A stretch of DNA of 64,000 bases from assembly GCF_009914755.1 (NCBI RefSeq), contig NC_060948.1; one strand, 5' to 3'. The position numbers were made by a program, and so were the translations under genes. Positions 38,503 to 57,855 of the stretch are shown here, piece by piece. The stretch is from the human T2T-CHM13v2.0 reference genome, Homo sapiens. The notes beneath the pieces were generated by a model. That model made no database searches, was not told where the DNA came from, and was given only the letters and a program-made list of their open reading frames with translations. Position 1 is the first letter of the stretch; each line of letters starts with the position of its first letter.

Positions 38503-40608
38503 ATATCCATATTTTTTAAATGAAAAAAAATTTCAAAGGTACTCTGCTTGGTACAATAATCAAATGTATAAACTGAGGAATAAAACATAACCATGAAACC
38601 TACTTATAACTGCATATGGAAAATACAGAGGATAATTTTTTAAATAACATATTTTGAAAGCCTTAACTAGTAATTTGAAGAGCTGGCATTTGAAAGGCCA
38701 GTATGAATATACCTTCAAAGCAGCAACACAGGTTTCCCCAAGAGAAAAAGCAAACACAGGGAAAATAAAAACACAAAGGTTCAATCTCTTCTGACCTTTG
38801 AAAGACACAGCACAGACAGTGGTCCTTAGGACGAAGAGCAGGAGACCCCTAATTCCGTCACCATGGCGATAGGGCATAAACATTGCTGGGTGAGGGCACA
38901 ATCCACATTGTGAGGTCCAACTGCTGCGAGGAAGACAGGAGTGCTTTTACATAGACCGAAAGGTCATTGAAGGCTCAGAGTTTTGTTTCAAGAACTGAAT
39001 CCCAAGCCCACACGTTATTAGGCTGCGCTTCTTAAAACAAGTTATGAGATGGGAAAAAGGGCACCCACAAACATACGTATACATTATGTATATAATAATA
39101 TACAGTATCATATATATAATATATATAACCTATGTATAATATTGTTTTACATCCTGCATCTTATGTTATATATATTGTATAAAATATAATAATTGATAAT
39201 ATATAAGTTTTATATTTATACAATATGACATATAGTATATATTATAATTTATGACATATATAATATATGTTATATATCATATATAGAATATATTATACGG
39301 TTAATATACGTATTAAATATAAATTATACATTATATATATTATATATAATATATCTGTTATATATAATACCCATTATGCATAATATATATATTATGTCTA
39401 TGTTATATATAGTATAAAACAACATATAATAATGTATAATTGTATATATAAAATGCGACATATAATATATATTATATTTTATAACATATGTAATATATAT
39501 TATATATTATATGTAATACGTTGTATGTATAATACCTATATTAAATATATATTATATGACTATGTTATTAATTACATGTCACATGTGTTATATATTATTT
39601 ATTTTACACAGAATATACCGGTTATATACAATATATACTATGTTACCTACAATGTATAATTTATTACATATAAAATAAAGAATGCAATATATTATGTATA
39701 ATTTATAAAATACAATATGTGGAATGTGATATATATAACATATAATATATGATATAGGATATACAGTATATGATATATAACATACAATATATGATACCTA
39801 ATATATATGGTATACAATATATATTTTATGACATGTATTCTCTATGTTTTATATTCTGTTATATATAACTATTTGAAATTATATATAACTGTATAATATT
39901 TTATGTAAATATGTAATATAATATATATAAAAATATAATATATTATATATAACTATATATTATGTTATATATAATTTTATAACATAATTTACATAAAATA
40001 TCATAATATAATATATATTATATTATTTCATACTACATAATATATATTACATATCTCCCAATATAAGTAACATATATAATATTATAATATAGATTATATT
40101 ATGTTATATTAAATATCATATATATCATGTATCATATATTCTATAATATATATTATACATTATATAATATGTGTGTTGTCTATTATGTGATATATATAAC
40201 TATATATATAATTATATTATTATACATATAACTAGATAAACATGTAATTCTACATATTTTCATTTATAATATATAGAATTATATAATCATATATAATTAT
40301 TTATATTCTATAAAAAATTATATCATCATATAAATTATAATATATAAAAATTATAATATGTACTACAAATATATATATTATATATCATATATGATATAGT
40401 ACCTTTGTTATATATCATAATACATATAAATGTGTATTATGTTACCTATAATTATATAATTTCATATATAAGATGTATAATATGTATTATATATTATATA
40501 TGTTATGAAATATATATAGTATATATAAGATGACACAGGATAAATATTATATACTATGACATATAAAATATATGAGGTTATATGTTACATATAAGGCATA
40601 GCACATAA

Positions 40609-40923
<315 letters not shown>

Positions 40924-43028
40924 AGATCCATATTTTTTAAATGAAAAAAAATTTCAAAGGTACTCTGCTTGGTACAATAATCAAATGTATAAACTGAGGA
41001 ATAAAACATAACCATGAAACCTACTTATAACTGCATATGGAAAATACAGAGGATAATTTTTTAAATAACATATTTTGAAAGCCTTAACTAGTAATTTGAA
41101 GAGTTGGCATTTGAAAGGCCAGTATGAATATACATTCAAAGCAGCAACACAGGTTCCCCATGAGAAAAAGCAAACACAGGGAAAATAAAAACACAAAGGT
41201 TCAATCTCTTCTGACCTTTGAAAGACACAGCACAGACAGTGGTCCTTAGGACGAAGAGCAGGAGACCCCTAATTCCGTCACCATGGCGATAGGGCATAAA
41301 CATTGCTGGGTGAGGGCACAATGCACATTGTGAGGTCCAACTGCTGCCAGGAAGACAGGAGTGCTTTTACATAGACCGAAAGGTCATTGAAGGCTCAGAG
41401 TTTTGTTTCAAGAACTGAATCCCAAGCCCACACGTTATTAGGCTGCGCTTCTTAAAACAAGTTATGAGATGGGAAAAAGGGCACCTACAAACATACGTAT
41501 ACATTATGTATATAATAATATACAGTATCATATATATAATATATATAACCTATGTATAATATTGTTTTACATCCTGTATCTTATGTTATATATATTGTAT
41601 AAAATATAATAATTGATAGTATATATGTTTTATATTTATACAATATGACATATAGTATATATTATAATTTATGACATATATAATATATGTTATATATCAT
41701 ATATAGAATATATTATACGGTTAATATACGTATTAAATATAAATTATTCATTATATATATTATATATAATATATCTGTTATATATAATACCCATTATGCA
41801 TAATATATATATTATGTCTATGTTATATATAGTATAAAACAACATATAATAATATATAATTGTATATATAAAATGCGACATATAATATATATTATATTTT
41901 ATAACATATGTAATATATATTATATATTATATATAATACGTTGTATGTATAATACCTATATTAAATATATATTATATGACTATGTTATTAATTACATGTC
42001 ACATGTGTTATATATTATATATTTTACATAGAATATACCGGTTACATACAGTATATACTATGTTACCTATAATGTATAATTTATTACATGTAAAATAAAG
42101 AATGCAATATATTATGTATAATTTATAATATACCATATGTGGAATGTGATATATATAACATATAATATATGATATATGATATACACTATATGATATATAA
42201 CATACAATATATGATTCCTAATATATATGGTATACAATATATATTTTATGATACGTATTCTATATGCTTTATATTCTGTTATATATAACTATTTGAAATT
42301 ATATATAACTCTATAATATTTTATGTAAATATGTAATATAATATATATAACTATATAATATATTATATATAACTATATATTATGTTATATATACTTTTAC
42401 AACATAATTTACATAAATTAGCATAATATAATATATATTATATTATTTCATATTACATAATATATATTACATATCACCCAATATAACTAACATACATAAT
42501 ATTATAATATAGATTATATTGTGTTATATTAAATATCATATATATCATGTATCATATATTCTATAATATATATTACACATTATATAAAATGTATGTTGTC
42601 TATTATGTGAGATATATAACTATATATATAATTATATTTTTATACATATAACTAGATAAACATGTAATTCTACATATTTTCATTTATAATATGTAGAATT
42701 ATATAATCATATATAATTATTTATATTCTATAAAAAATTTTATCATTATATAAATTATAATAAATAAAAATTATAATATGTACTACAAATATATATATTA
42801 TATATCATATATGCTATAGTACCTTTGTTATATATCATAATACATATAAATGTGTATTATGTTATCTATAGTTATATAATTTCATATATAAGATGTATAA
42901 TATGTATCATATATTATATATGTTATGTAATATATATAGTATATATAAGATGACACAGGATAAATATTATATACTATGACATATAAAATATATCAGGTTA
43001 TATGTTACATATAAGGCATAGCACATAA

Positions 43029-43343
<315 letters not shown>

Positions 43344-45468
43344 AGATCCATATTTTTTAAATGAAAAAAAATTTCAAAGGTACTCTGCTTGGTACAATAA
43401 TCAAATGTATAAACTGAGGAATAAAACATAACCATGAAACCTACTTATAACTGCATATGGAAAATACAGAGGATAATTTTTTAAATAACATATTTTGAAA
43501 GCCTTAACTAGTAATTTGAAGAGCTGGCATTTGAAAGGCCAGTATGAATATACCTTCAAAGCAGCAACACAGGTTCCCCATGAGAAAAAGCAAACACAGG
43601 GAAAATAAAAACACAAAGGTTCAATCTCTTCTGACCTTTGAAAGACACAGCACAGACAGTGGTCCTTAGGACGAAGAGCAGGAGACCCCTAATTCCGTCA
43701 CCATGGCGATAGGGCATAAACATTGCTGGGTGAGGGCACAATCCACATTGTGAGGTCCAACTGCTGCCAGGAAGACAGGAGTGCTTTTACATAGACCGAA
43801 AGGTCATTGAAGGCTCAGAGTTTTGTTTCAAGAACTGAATCCCAAGCCCACACGTTATTAGGCTGCGCTTCTTAAAACAAGTTATGAGATGGGAAAAAGG
43901 GCACCCACAAACATACGTATACATTATGTATATAATAATATACAGTGTCATATATATAATATATATAACCTATGTATAATATTGTTTTACATCCTGCATC
44001 TTATGTTATATATATTGTATAAAATATAATAATTGATAATATATAAGTTTTATATTTATACAATATGACATATAGTATATATTATAATTTATGACATATA
44101 TAATATATGTTATATATCATATATAGAATATATTATACGGTTAATATACGTATTAAATATAAATTATACATTATATATATTATATATAATATATCTGTTA
44201 TATGTAATACCCGTTATGCATAATATATATATTATGTCTATGTTATATATAGTATAAAACAACATATAATAATATATAATTGTATATATAAAATGCGACA
44301 TATAATATATATATTTTATAACATATGTAATATATATTATATATTATATATAATACGTTGTATGTATAATACCTATATTAAATATATATTATATGACTAT
44401 GTTATTAATTACATGTCACATGTGTTATATATTATATATTTTACATACAATATACCGGTTACATACAATATATACTATGTTACCTATAATGTATAATTTA
44501 TTACATGTAAAATAAAGAATGCAATATATTATGTATAATTTATAATATACCATATGTGGAATGTGATATATATAACATATAATATATGATATATGATATA
44601 CAGTATATGATATATAACATACAATATATGATTCCTAATATATATGGTATACAATATATATTTTATGATATGTATTCTATATGTTTTATATTCTGTTATA
44701 TATAACTATTTGAAATTATATATAACTGTATAATATTTTATGTAAATATGTAATATAATATATATAACTATATAATATATTATATATAACTATATATTAT
44801 GTTATATATAGTTTTATAACATAATTTGCATAAAATATCATAACATAATATATATTATATTATTTCATATTACATAATATATATTACATATCACCCAATA
44901 TAACTAACATACATAATATTATAATATAGATTATATTGTGTTATATTAAATATCATATATATCATGTATCATATATTCTATAATATATATTACACATTAT
45001 ATAATATGTATGTTGTCTATTATGTGATATATATAACTCTATATATAATTATATTTTTATACATATAACTAGGTAAACATGTAATTCTACATATTTTCAT
45101 TTATAATATGTAGAATTATATAATCATATATAATTATTTATATTCTATAAAAAATTTTATCATTATATAAATTATAATATATAAAAATTATAATATGTAC
45201 TACAAATATATATATTATATATCATATATGATATAGTACCTTTGTTATATATCATAATACATATAAATGTGTATTATGTTATCTCTAATTATATAATTTC
45301 ATATATAAGATGTATAATATGTATCATATATTATATATGTTATGTAATATATATAGTATATGTAAGCTGACACAGGATAAATATTATATACTATGACATA
45401 TAAAATATATGAGGTTATATGTTACATATAAGGCATAGCACATAACATGTAATATATATCATATATAA

Positions 45469-45760
<292 letters not shown>

Positions 45761-47863
45761 AGATCCATATTTTTTAAATGAAAAAAAATTTCAAAGGTAC
45801 TCTGCTTGGTACAATAATCAAATGTATAAACTGAGGAATAAAACATAACCATGAAACCTACTTATAACTGCATATGGAAAATACAGAGGATAATTTTTTA
45901 AATAACATATTTTGAAAGCCTTAACTAGTAATTTGAAGAGCTGGCATTTGAAAGGCCAGTATGAATATACCTTCAAAGCAGCAACACAGGTTCCCCATGA
46001 GAAAAAGCAAACTCAGGGAAAATAAAACCACAAAGGTTCAATCTCTTCTGACCTTTGAAAGACACAGCACAGACAGTGGTCCTTAGGACGAAGAGCAGGA
46101 GACCCCTAATTCCGTCACCATGGCGATAGGGCATAAACATTGCTGGGTGAGGGCACAATCCACATTGTGAGGTCCAACTGCTGCCAGGAAGACAGGAGTG
46201 CTTTTACATAGACCGAAAGGTCATTGAAGGCTCAGAGTTTTGTTTCAAGAACTGAATCCCAAGCCCACACGTTATTAGGCTGCGCTTCTTAAAACAAGTT
46301 ATGAGATGGGAAAAAGGGCACCCACAAACATACGTATACATTATGTATATAATAATATACAGTATCATATATATAATATATATAACCTATGTATAATATT
46401 GTTTTACATCCTGCATCTTATGTTATATATATTGTATAAAATATAATAATTGATAATATATAAGTTTTATATTTATACAATATGACATATAGTATATATT
46501 ATAATTTATGACATATATAATATATGTTATATATCATATATAGAATATATTATACGGTTAATATACCTATTAAATATAAATTATACATTATATATATTAT
46601 ATATAATATATCTGTTATATATAATACGCATTATGCATAATATATATTATGTCTATGTTATATATAGTATAAAACAACATATAATAATATATATTTGTAT
46701 ATATAAAATGCGACATATAATATATATTATATTTTATAACATACGTAATATATATTATATATTATATATAATACGTTGTATGTATAATACCTATATTAAA
46801 TATATATTATATGACTATGTTATTAATTATATGTCACATGTGTTATATATTATATATTTTACATAGAATATACCGGTTACATACAATATATACTATGTTA
46901 CCTATAATGTATAATTTATTACATGTAAAATAAAGAAAGCAATATATTATGTATAATTTATAATATACAATATGTGGAATGTGATATATATAACATATGA
47001 TATATGATATATGATATACAGTATATGATATATAACATACAATATATGATTCCTAATATATATGGTAAACAATATATATTTTATGATATATATTCTATAT
47101 GTTTTATATTCTGTTATATGTAACTATTTGAAATTATATATAACTGTATAATATTTTATGTAAATATGTAATATAATATATATAACTATATAATATATTA
47201 TATATAACTATATATTATGTTATATATACTTTTATAACATAATTTATATAAAATATCATAATATAATATATATTATATTATTTCATATTACATAATATAT
47301 ATTACATATCACCCAATATAAGTAAGATACATAATATTATAATATAGATTATATTATGTTATATTAAATATCATATATATCATGTATCATATATTCTATA
47401 ATATATATTATACATTATATAATATGTATGTTGTCTATTATGTGATATATATAACTATATATATAATTATATTATTATACATATAACTAGATAAACATGT
47501 AATTCTACACATTTACATTTATAATATATAGAATTATATAATCATATATAATTATTTATATTCTATAAAAAATTATATCATTATATAAATTATAATATAT
47601 AAAAATTATAATATGTACTACAAATATATATATTATATATCATATATGATATAGTACCTTTGTTATATATCATAATACATATAAATGTGTATTATATTAT
47701 CTATAATTATATAATTTCATATATAAGTTGTATAATATGTATCATATATTATATATGTTATGTAATATATATAGTATATATAAGATGACACAGGATAAAT
47801 ATTATATACTATGACATATAAAATATATGAGGTTATATGTGTCATATAAGGCATAGCACATAA

Positions 47864-48178
<315 letters not shown>

Positions 48179-50283
48179 AGATCCATATTTTTTAAATGAA
48201 AAAAAATTTCAAAGGTACTCTGCTTGGTACAATAATCAAATGTATAAACTGAGGAATAAAACATAACCATGAAACCTACTTATAACTGCATATGGAAAAT
48301 ACAGAGGATAATTTTTTAAATAACATATTTTGAAAGCCTTAACTAGTAATTTGAAGAGTTGGCATTTGAAAGGCCAGTATGAATATACCTTCAAAGCAGC
48401 AACACAGGTTCCCCATGAGAAAAAGCAAACACAGGGAAAATAAAAACACAAAGGTTCAATCTCTTCTGACCTTTGAAAGACACAGCACAGACAGTGGTCC
48501 TTAGGACGAAGAGCAGGAGACCCCTAATTCCGTCACCATGGCGATAGGGCATAAACATTGCTGGGTGAGGGCACAATCCACATTGTGAGGTCCAACTGCT
48601 GCCAGGAAGACAGGAGTGCTTTTACATAGACCGAAAGGTCATTGAAGGCTCAGAGTTTTGTTTCAAGAACTGAATCCCAAGCCCACACGTTATTAGGCTG
48701 CGCTTCTTAAAACAAGTTATGAGATGGGAAAAAGGGCACCTACAAACATACGTATACATTATGTATATAATAATATACAGTATCATATATATAATATATA
48801 TAACCTATGTATAATATTGTTTTACATCCTGTATCTTATGTTATATATATTGTATAAAATATAATAATTGATAGTATATATGTTTTATATTTATACAATA
48901 TGACATATAGTATATATTATAATTTATGACATATATAATATATGTTATATATCATATATAGAATATATTATACGGTTAATATACGTATTAAATATAAATT
49001 ATACATTATATATATTATATATAATATATCTGTTATATATAATACCCATTATGCATAATATATATATTATGTCTATGTTATATATAGTATAAAACAACAT
49101 ATAATAATATATAATTGTATATATAAAATGCGACATATAATATATATTATATTTTATAACATATGTAATATATATTATATATTATATATAATACGTTGTA
49201 TGTATAATACCTATATTAAATATATATTATATGACTATGTTATTAATTACATGTCACATGTGTTATATATTATATATTTTACATAGAATATACCGGTTAC
49301 ATACAGTATATACTATGTTACCTATAATGTATAATTTATTACATGTAAAATAAAGAATGCAATATATTATGTATAATTTATAATATACCATATGTGGAAT
49401 GTGATATATATAACATATAATATATGATATATGATATACACTATATGATATATAACATACAATATATGATTCCTAATATATATGGTATACAATATATATT
49501 TTATGATACGTATTCTATATGTTTTATATTCTGTTATATATAACTATTTGAAATTATATATAACTGTATAATATTTTATGTAAATATGTAATATAATATA
49601 TATAACTATATAATATATTATATATAACTATATATTATGTTATATATACTTTTACAACATAATTTACATAAATTAGCATAATATAATATATATTATATTA
49701 TTTCATATTACATAATATATATTACATATCACCCAATATAACTAACATACATAATATTATAATATAGATTATATTGTGTTATATTAAATATCATATATAT
49801 CATGTATCATATATTGTATAATATATATTACACATTATATAAAATGTATGTTGTCTATTATGTGATATATATAACTATATATATAATTATATTTTTATAC
49901 ATATAACTAGATAAACATGTAATTCTACATATTTTCATTTATAATATGTAGAATTATATAATCATATATAATTATTTATATTCTATAAAAAATTTTATCA
50001 TTATATAAATTATAATAAATAAAAATTATAATATGTACTACAAATATATATATTATATATCATATATGCTATAGTACCTTTGTTATATATCATAATACAT
50101 ATAAATGTGTATTATGTTATCTATAGTTATATAATTTCATATATAAGATGTATAATATGTATCATATATTATATATGTTATGTAATATATATAGTATATA
50201 TAAGATGACACAGGATAAATATTATATACTATGACATATAAAATATATCAGGTTATATGTTACATATAAGGCATAGCACATAA

Positions 50284-50598
<315 letters not shown>

Positions 50599-52700
50599 AG
50601 ATCCATATTTTTTAAATGAAAAAAAATTTCAAAGGTACTCTGCTTGGTACAATAATCAAATGTATAAACTGAGGAATAAAACATAACCATGAAACCTACT
50701 TATAACTGCATATGGAAAATACAGAGGATAATTTTTTAAATAACATATTTTGAAAGCCTTAACTAGTAATTTGAAGAGCTGGCATTTGAAAGGCCAGTAT
50801 GAATATACCTTCAAAGCAGCAACACAGGTTCCCCATGAGAAAAAGCAAACACAGGGAAAATAAAAACACAAAGGTTCAATCTCTTCTGACCTTTGAAAGA
50901 CACAGCACAGACAGTGGTCCTTAGGACGAAGAGCAGGAGACCCCTAATTCCGTCACCATGGCGATAGGGCATAAACATTGCTGGGTGAGGGCACAATCCA
51001 CATTGTGAGGTCCAACTGCTGCCAGGAAGACAGGAGTGCTTTTACATAGACCGAAAGGTCATTGAAGGCTCAGAGTTTTGTTTCAAGAACTGAATCCCAA
51101 GCCCACACGTTATTAGGCTGCGCTTCTTAAAACAAGTTATGAGATGGGAAAAAGGGCACCCACAAACATACGTATACATTATGTATATAATAATATACAG
51201 TGTCATATATATAATATATATAACCTATGTATAATATTGTTTTACATCCTGCATCTTATGTTATATATATTGTATAAAATATAATAATTGATAATATATA
51301 AGTTTTATATTTATACAATATGACATATAGTATATATTATAATTTATGACATATATAATATATGTTATATATCATATATAGAATATATTATACGGTTAAT
51401 ATACGTATTAAATATAAATTATACATTATATATATTATATATAATATATCTGTTATATGTAATACCCGTTATGCATAATATATATATTATGTCTATGTTA
51501 TATATAGTATAAAACAACATATAATAATATATAATTGTATATATAAAATGCGACATATAATATATATATTTTATAACATATGTAATATATATTATATATT
51601 ATATACAATACGTTGTATGTATAATACCTGTATTAAATATATATTATATGACTATGTTATTAATTACATGTCACATGTGTTATATATTATATATTTTACA
51701 TACAATATACCGGTTACATACAATATATACTATGTTACCTATAATGTATAATTTATTACATGTAAAATAAAGAATGCAATATATTATGTATAATTTATAA
51801 TATACCATATGTGGAATGTGATATATATAACATATAATATATGATATATGATATACAGTATATGATATATAACATACAATATATGATTCCTAATATATAT
51901 GGTATACAATATATATTTTATGATATGTATTCTATATGTTTTATATTCTGTTATATATAACTATTTGAAATTATATATAACTGTATAATATTTTATGTAA
52001 ATATGTAATATAATATATATAACTATATAATATATTATATATAACTATATATTATGTTATATATACTTTTATAACATAATTTGCATAAAATATCATAACA
52101 TAATATATATTATATTATTTCATATTACATAATATATATTACATATCACCCAATATAACTAACATACATAATATTATAATATAGATTATATTGTGTTATA
52201 TTAAATATCATATATATCATGTATCATATATTCTATAATATATATTACACATTATATAATATGTATGTTGTCTATTATGTGATATATATAACTCTATATA
52301 TAATTATATTTTTATACATATAACTAGATAAACATGTAATTCTACATATTTTCATTTATAATATGTAGAATTATATAATCATATATAATTATTTATATTC
52401 TATAAAAAATTTTATCATTATATAAATTATAATATATAAAAATTATAATATGTACTACAAATATATATATTATATATCATATATGATATAGTACCTTTGT
52501 TATATATCATAATACATATAAATGTGTATTATGTTATCTATAATTATATAATTTCATATATAAGATATATAATATGTATCATATATTATATATGTTATGT
52601 AATATATATAGTATATATAAGATGACACAGGATAAATATTATATACTATGACATATAAAATATATGAGGTTATATGTTACATATAAGGCATAGCACATAA

Positions 52701-53015
<315 letters not shown>

Positions 53016-55120
53016 AGATCCATATTTTTTAAATGAAAAAAAATTTCAAAGGTACTCTGCTTGGTACAATAATCAAATGTATAAACTGAGGAATAAAACA
53101 TAACCATGAAACCTACTTATAACTGCATATGGAAAATACAGAGGATAATTTTTTAAATAACATATTTTGAAAGCCTTAACTAGTAATTTGAAGAGTTGGC
53201 ATTTGAAAGGCCAGTATGAATATACCTTCAAAGCAGCAACACAGGTTCCCCATGAGAAAAAGCAAACACAGGGAAAATAAAAACACAAAGGTTCAATCTC
53301 TTCTGACCTTTGAAAGACACAGCACAGACAGTGGTCCTTAGGACGAAGAGCAGGAGACCCCTAATTCCGTCACCATGGCGATAGGGCATAAACATTGCTG
53401 GGTGAGGGCACAATCCACATTGTGAGGTCCAACTGCTGCCAGGAAGACAGGAGTGCTTTTACATAGACCGAAAGGTCATTGAAGGCTCAGAGTTTTGTTT
53501 CAAGAACTGAATCCCAAGCCCACACGTTATTAGGCTGCGCTTCTTAAAACAAGATATGAGATGGGAAAAAGGGCACCCACAAACATACGTATACATTATG
53601 TATATAATAATATACAGTATCATATATATAATATATAAAACCTATGTATAATATTGTTTTACATCCTGCATCTTATGTTATATATATTGTATAAAATATA
53701 ATAATTGATAATATATAAGTTTTATAAATATACAATATGACATATAGTATATATTATAATTTATGACATATATAATATATGTTATATGTCATATATAGAA
53801 TATATTATACGGTTAATATACGTATTAAATATAAATTATACATTATATATATTATATATAATATATCTGTTATATATAATACCCATTATGCATAATATAT
53901 ATATTATGTCTATGTTATATATAGTATAAAACAACATATAATAATATATAATTGTATATATAAAATGCGACATATAATATATATTATATTTTATAACATA
54001 TTTAATATATATTATATATTATATATAATACGTTGTATGTAAAATACCTATATTAAATATATATTATATGACTATGTTATTAATTACATGTCACATGTGT
54101 TATATATTGTATATTTTACATAGAATATACCGGTTACATACAATATATACTTTGTTACCTATAATGTATAATTTATTACATGTAAAATAAAGAATGCAAT
54201 ATATTATGTATAATTTATAATATACCATATGTGGTATGTGATATATATATCATATAATATATGATATATGATATACAGTATATGATATATAACATGCAAT
54301 ATATGATTCCTAATATATATGGTATACAATATATATTTTATGATATGTATTCTATATGTTTTATATTCTGTTATATATAACTATTTGAAATTATATATAA
54401 CTGTATAATATTTTATGTAAATATGTAATATAATATATATAACTATATAATATATTATATATAAGTATATATTATGTTATATATACTTTTATAACATAAT
54501 TTACATAAAATATCATAATATAATATATATTATATTATTTCATATTACATAATATATATTACATATCACCCAATATAACTAACATACATAATATTATAAT
54601 ATAGATTATATTATGTTATATTAAATATCATATAAATCATGTATCATATATTCTATAATATATATTACACATTATATAATATGTATGTTGTCTATTATGT
54701 GATATATATAACTATATATATAATTATATTTTTATACATATAACTAGATAAACATGTAATTCTACATATTTTCATTTATAATATGTAGAATTATATAATC
54801 ATATATAATTATTTATATTCTATAAAAAATTTTATCTTTACATAAATTATAATATTTAAAAATTATAATATGTACTACAAATATATATATTATATATCAT
54901 ATATGATATAGTACCTTTGTTATATATCATAATACATATAAATGTGTATTATGTTATCTATAATTATATAATTTCATATATAAGATGTATAATATGTATC
55001 ATATATTATATATGTTATGTAATATATATAGTATATATAAGATGACACAGGATAAATATTATATACTATGACATATAAAATATATGAGGTTATATGTTAC
55101 ATATAAGGCATAGCACATAA

Positions 55121-55435
<315 letters not shown>

Positions 55436-57563
55436 AGATCCATATTTTTTAAATGAAAAAAAATTTCAAAGGTACTCTGCTTGGTACAATAATCAAATGT
55501 ATAAACTGAGGAATAAAACATAACCATGAAACCTACTTATAACTGCATATGGAAAATACAGAGGATAATTTTTTAAATAACATATTTTGAAAGCCTTAAC
55601 TAGTAATTTGAAGAGTTGGCATTTGAAAGGCCAGTATGAATATACCTTCAAAGCAGCAACACAGGTTCCCCATGAGAAAAAGCAAACACAGGGAAAATAA
55701 AAACACAAAGGTTCAATCTCTTCTGACCTTTGAAAGACACAGCACAGACAGTGGTCCTTAGGACGAAGAGCAGGAGACCCCTAATTCCGTCACCATGGCG
55801 ATAGGGCATAAACATTGCTGGGTGAGGGCACAATCCACATTGTGAGGTCCAACTGCTGCCAGGAAGACAGGAGTGCTTTTACACAGACCGAAAGGTCATT
55901 GAAGGCTCAGAGTTTTGTTTCAAGAACTGAATCCCAAGCCCACACGTTATTAGGCTGCGCTTCTTAAAACAAGTTAAGAGATGGGAAAAAGGGCACCCAC
56001 AAACATACGTATACATTATGTATATAATAATATACAGTATCATATATATAATATATATAACCTATGTATAATATTGTTTTACATCCTGCATCTTATGTTA
56101 TATATATTGTATAAAATATAATAATTGATAATATATAAGTTTTATAAATATACAATATGACATATAGTATATATTATAATTTATGACATATATAATATAT
56201 GTTATATGTCATATATAGAATATATTATACGGTTAATATACGTATTAAATATAAATTATACATTATATATATTATATATAATATATCTGTTATATATAAT
56301 ACCCATTATGCATAATATATATATTATGTCTATGTTATATATAGTATAAAACAACATATAATAATATATAATTGTATATATAAAATGCGACATATAATAT
56401 ATATTATATTTTATAACATATGTAATATATATTATATATTATATATAATACGTTGTATGTAAAATACCTATATTAAATATATATTATATGACTATGTTAT
56501 TAATTACATGTCACATGTGTTATATATTATATATTTTACATAGAATATACCGGTTACATACAATATATACTATGTTACCTATAATGTATAATTTATTACA
56601 TGTAAAATAAAGAATGCAATATATTATGTATAATTTATAATATACCATATGTGGAATGTGATATATATAACATATAATATATGATATATGATATACAGTA
56701 TATGATATACATCATACAATATATGATTCCTAATATATATGGTATACAATATATATTTTATGATATGTATTCTATATGTTTTATATTCTGTTATATATAA
56801 CTATTTGAAATTATATATAACTGTATAATATTTTATGTAAATATGTAATATAATATATATAACTATATAATATATTATATATATCTATATATTATGTTAT
56901 ATATACTTTTATAACATAATTTACATAAAATATCATAATATAATATATATTATATTATTTCATATTACATAATATATATTACATATCACCCAGTATAACT
57001 AACATACATAATATTATAATATAGATTATATTATGTTATATTAAATATCATATAAATCATGTATCATATATTCTATAATATATATTACACATTATATAAT
57101 ATGTATGTTGTCTATTATGTGATATATATAACTATATATATAATTATATTTTTATACATATAACTAGATAAACATGTAATTCTACATATTTTCATTTATA
57201 ATATGTAGAATTATATAATCATATATAATTATTTATATTCTATAAAAAATTTTATCTTTACATAAATTATAATATTTAAAAATTATAATATGTACTACAA
57301 ATATATATATTATATATCATATATGATATAGTACCTTTGTTATATATCATAATACATATAAATGTGTATTATGTTATCTATAATTATATAATTTCATATA
57401 TAAGTTGTATAATATGTATCATATATTATATATGTTATGTAATATATATAGTATATATAAGATGACACAGGATAAATATTATATACTATGACATATAAAA
57501 TATATGAGGTTATATGTTACATATAAGGCATAGCACATAACATGTAATATATATCATATATAA

Positions 57564-57855
57564 TTTTTTTTTAGACAGAATCTTGTCCTGTTGCACAGGG
57601 TGGGGTACAATGGCGCCATCTTTGCTCACTGTAACTTCTGCCTCACGGGTCCAAGCGATTGTCCTCCCTCAGCCTCCCAGGTAGCTGGGACTACACCACA
57701 CTGGGACTACACCAGCTGCCACCATGCCTAGCTAATTTTTTGGATTTTTAGTAGTGACAGCGTTTCACTGTATTGGCCAGGATGGTCTTGATCTCTTCAC
57801 CTTGTGATCCCCTTGCCTTGGCCTCCAAATTTGCTGGGATTACAGGCCTGAGCCA
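57564..57855 (-). mobile_element. Alu copy in U24
   Basis: Same motifs as 1928-2219. Confidence 0.95.
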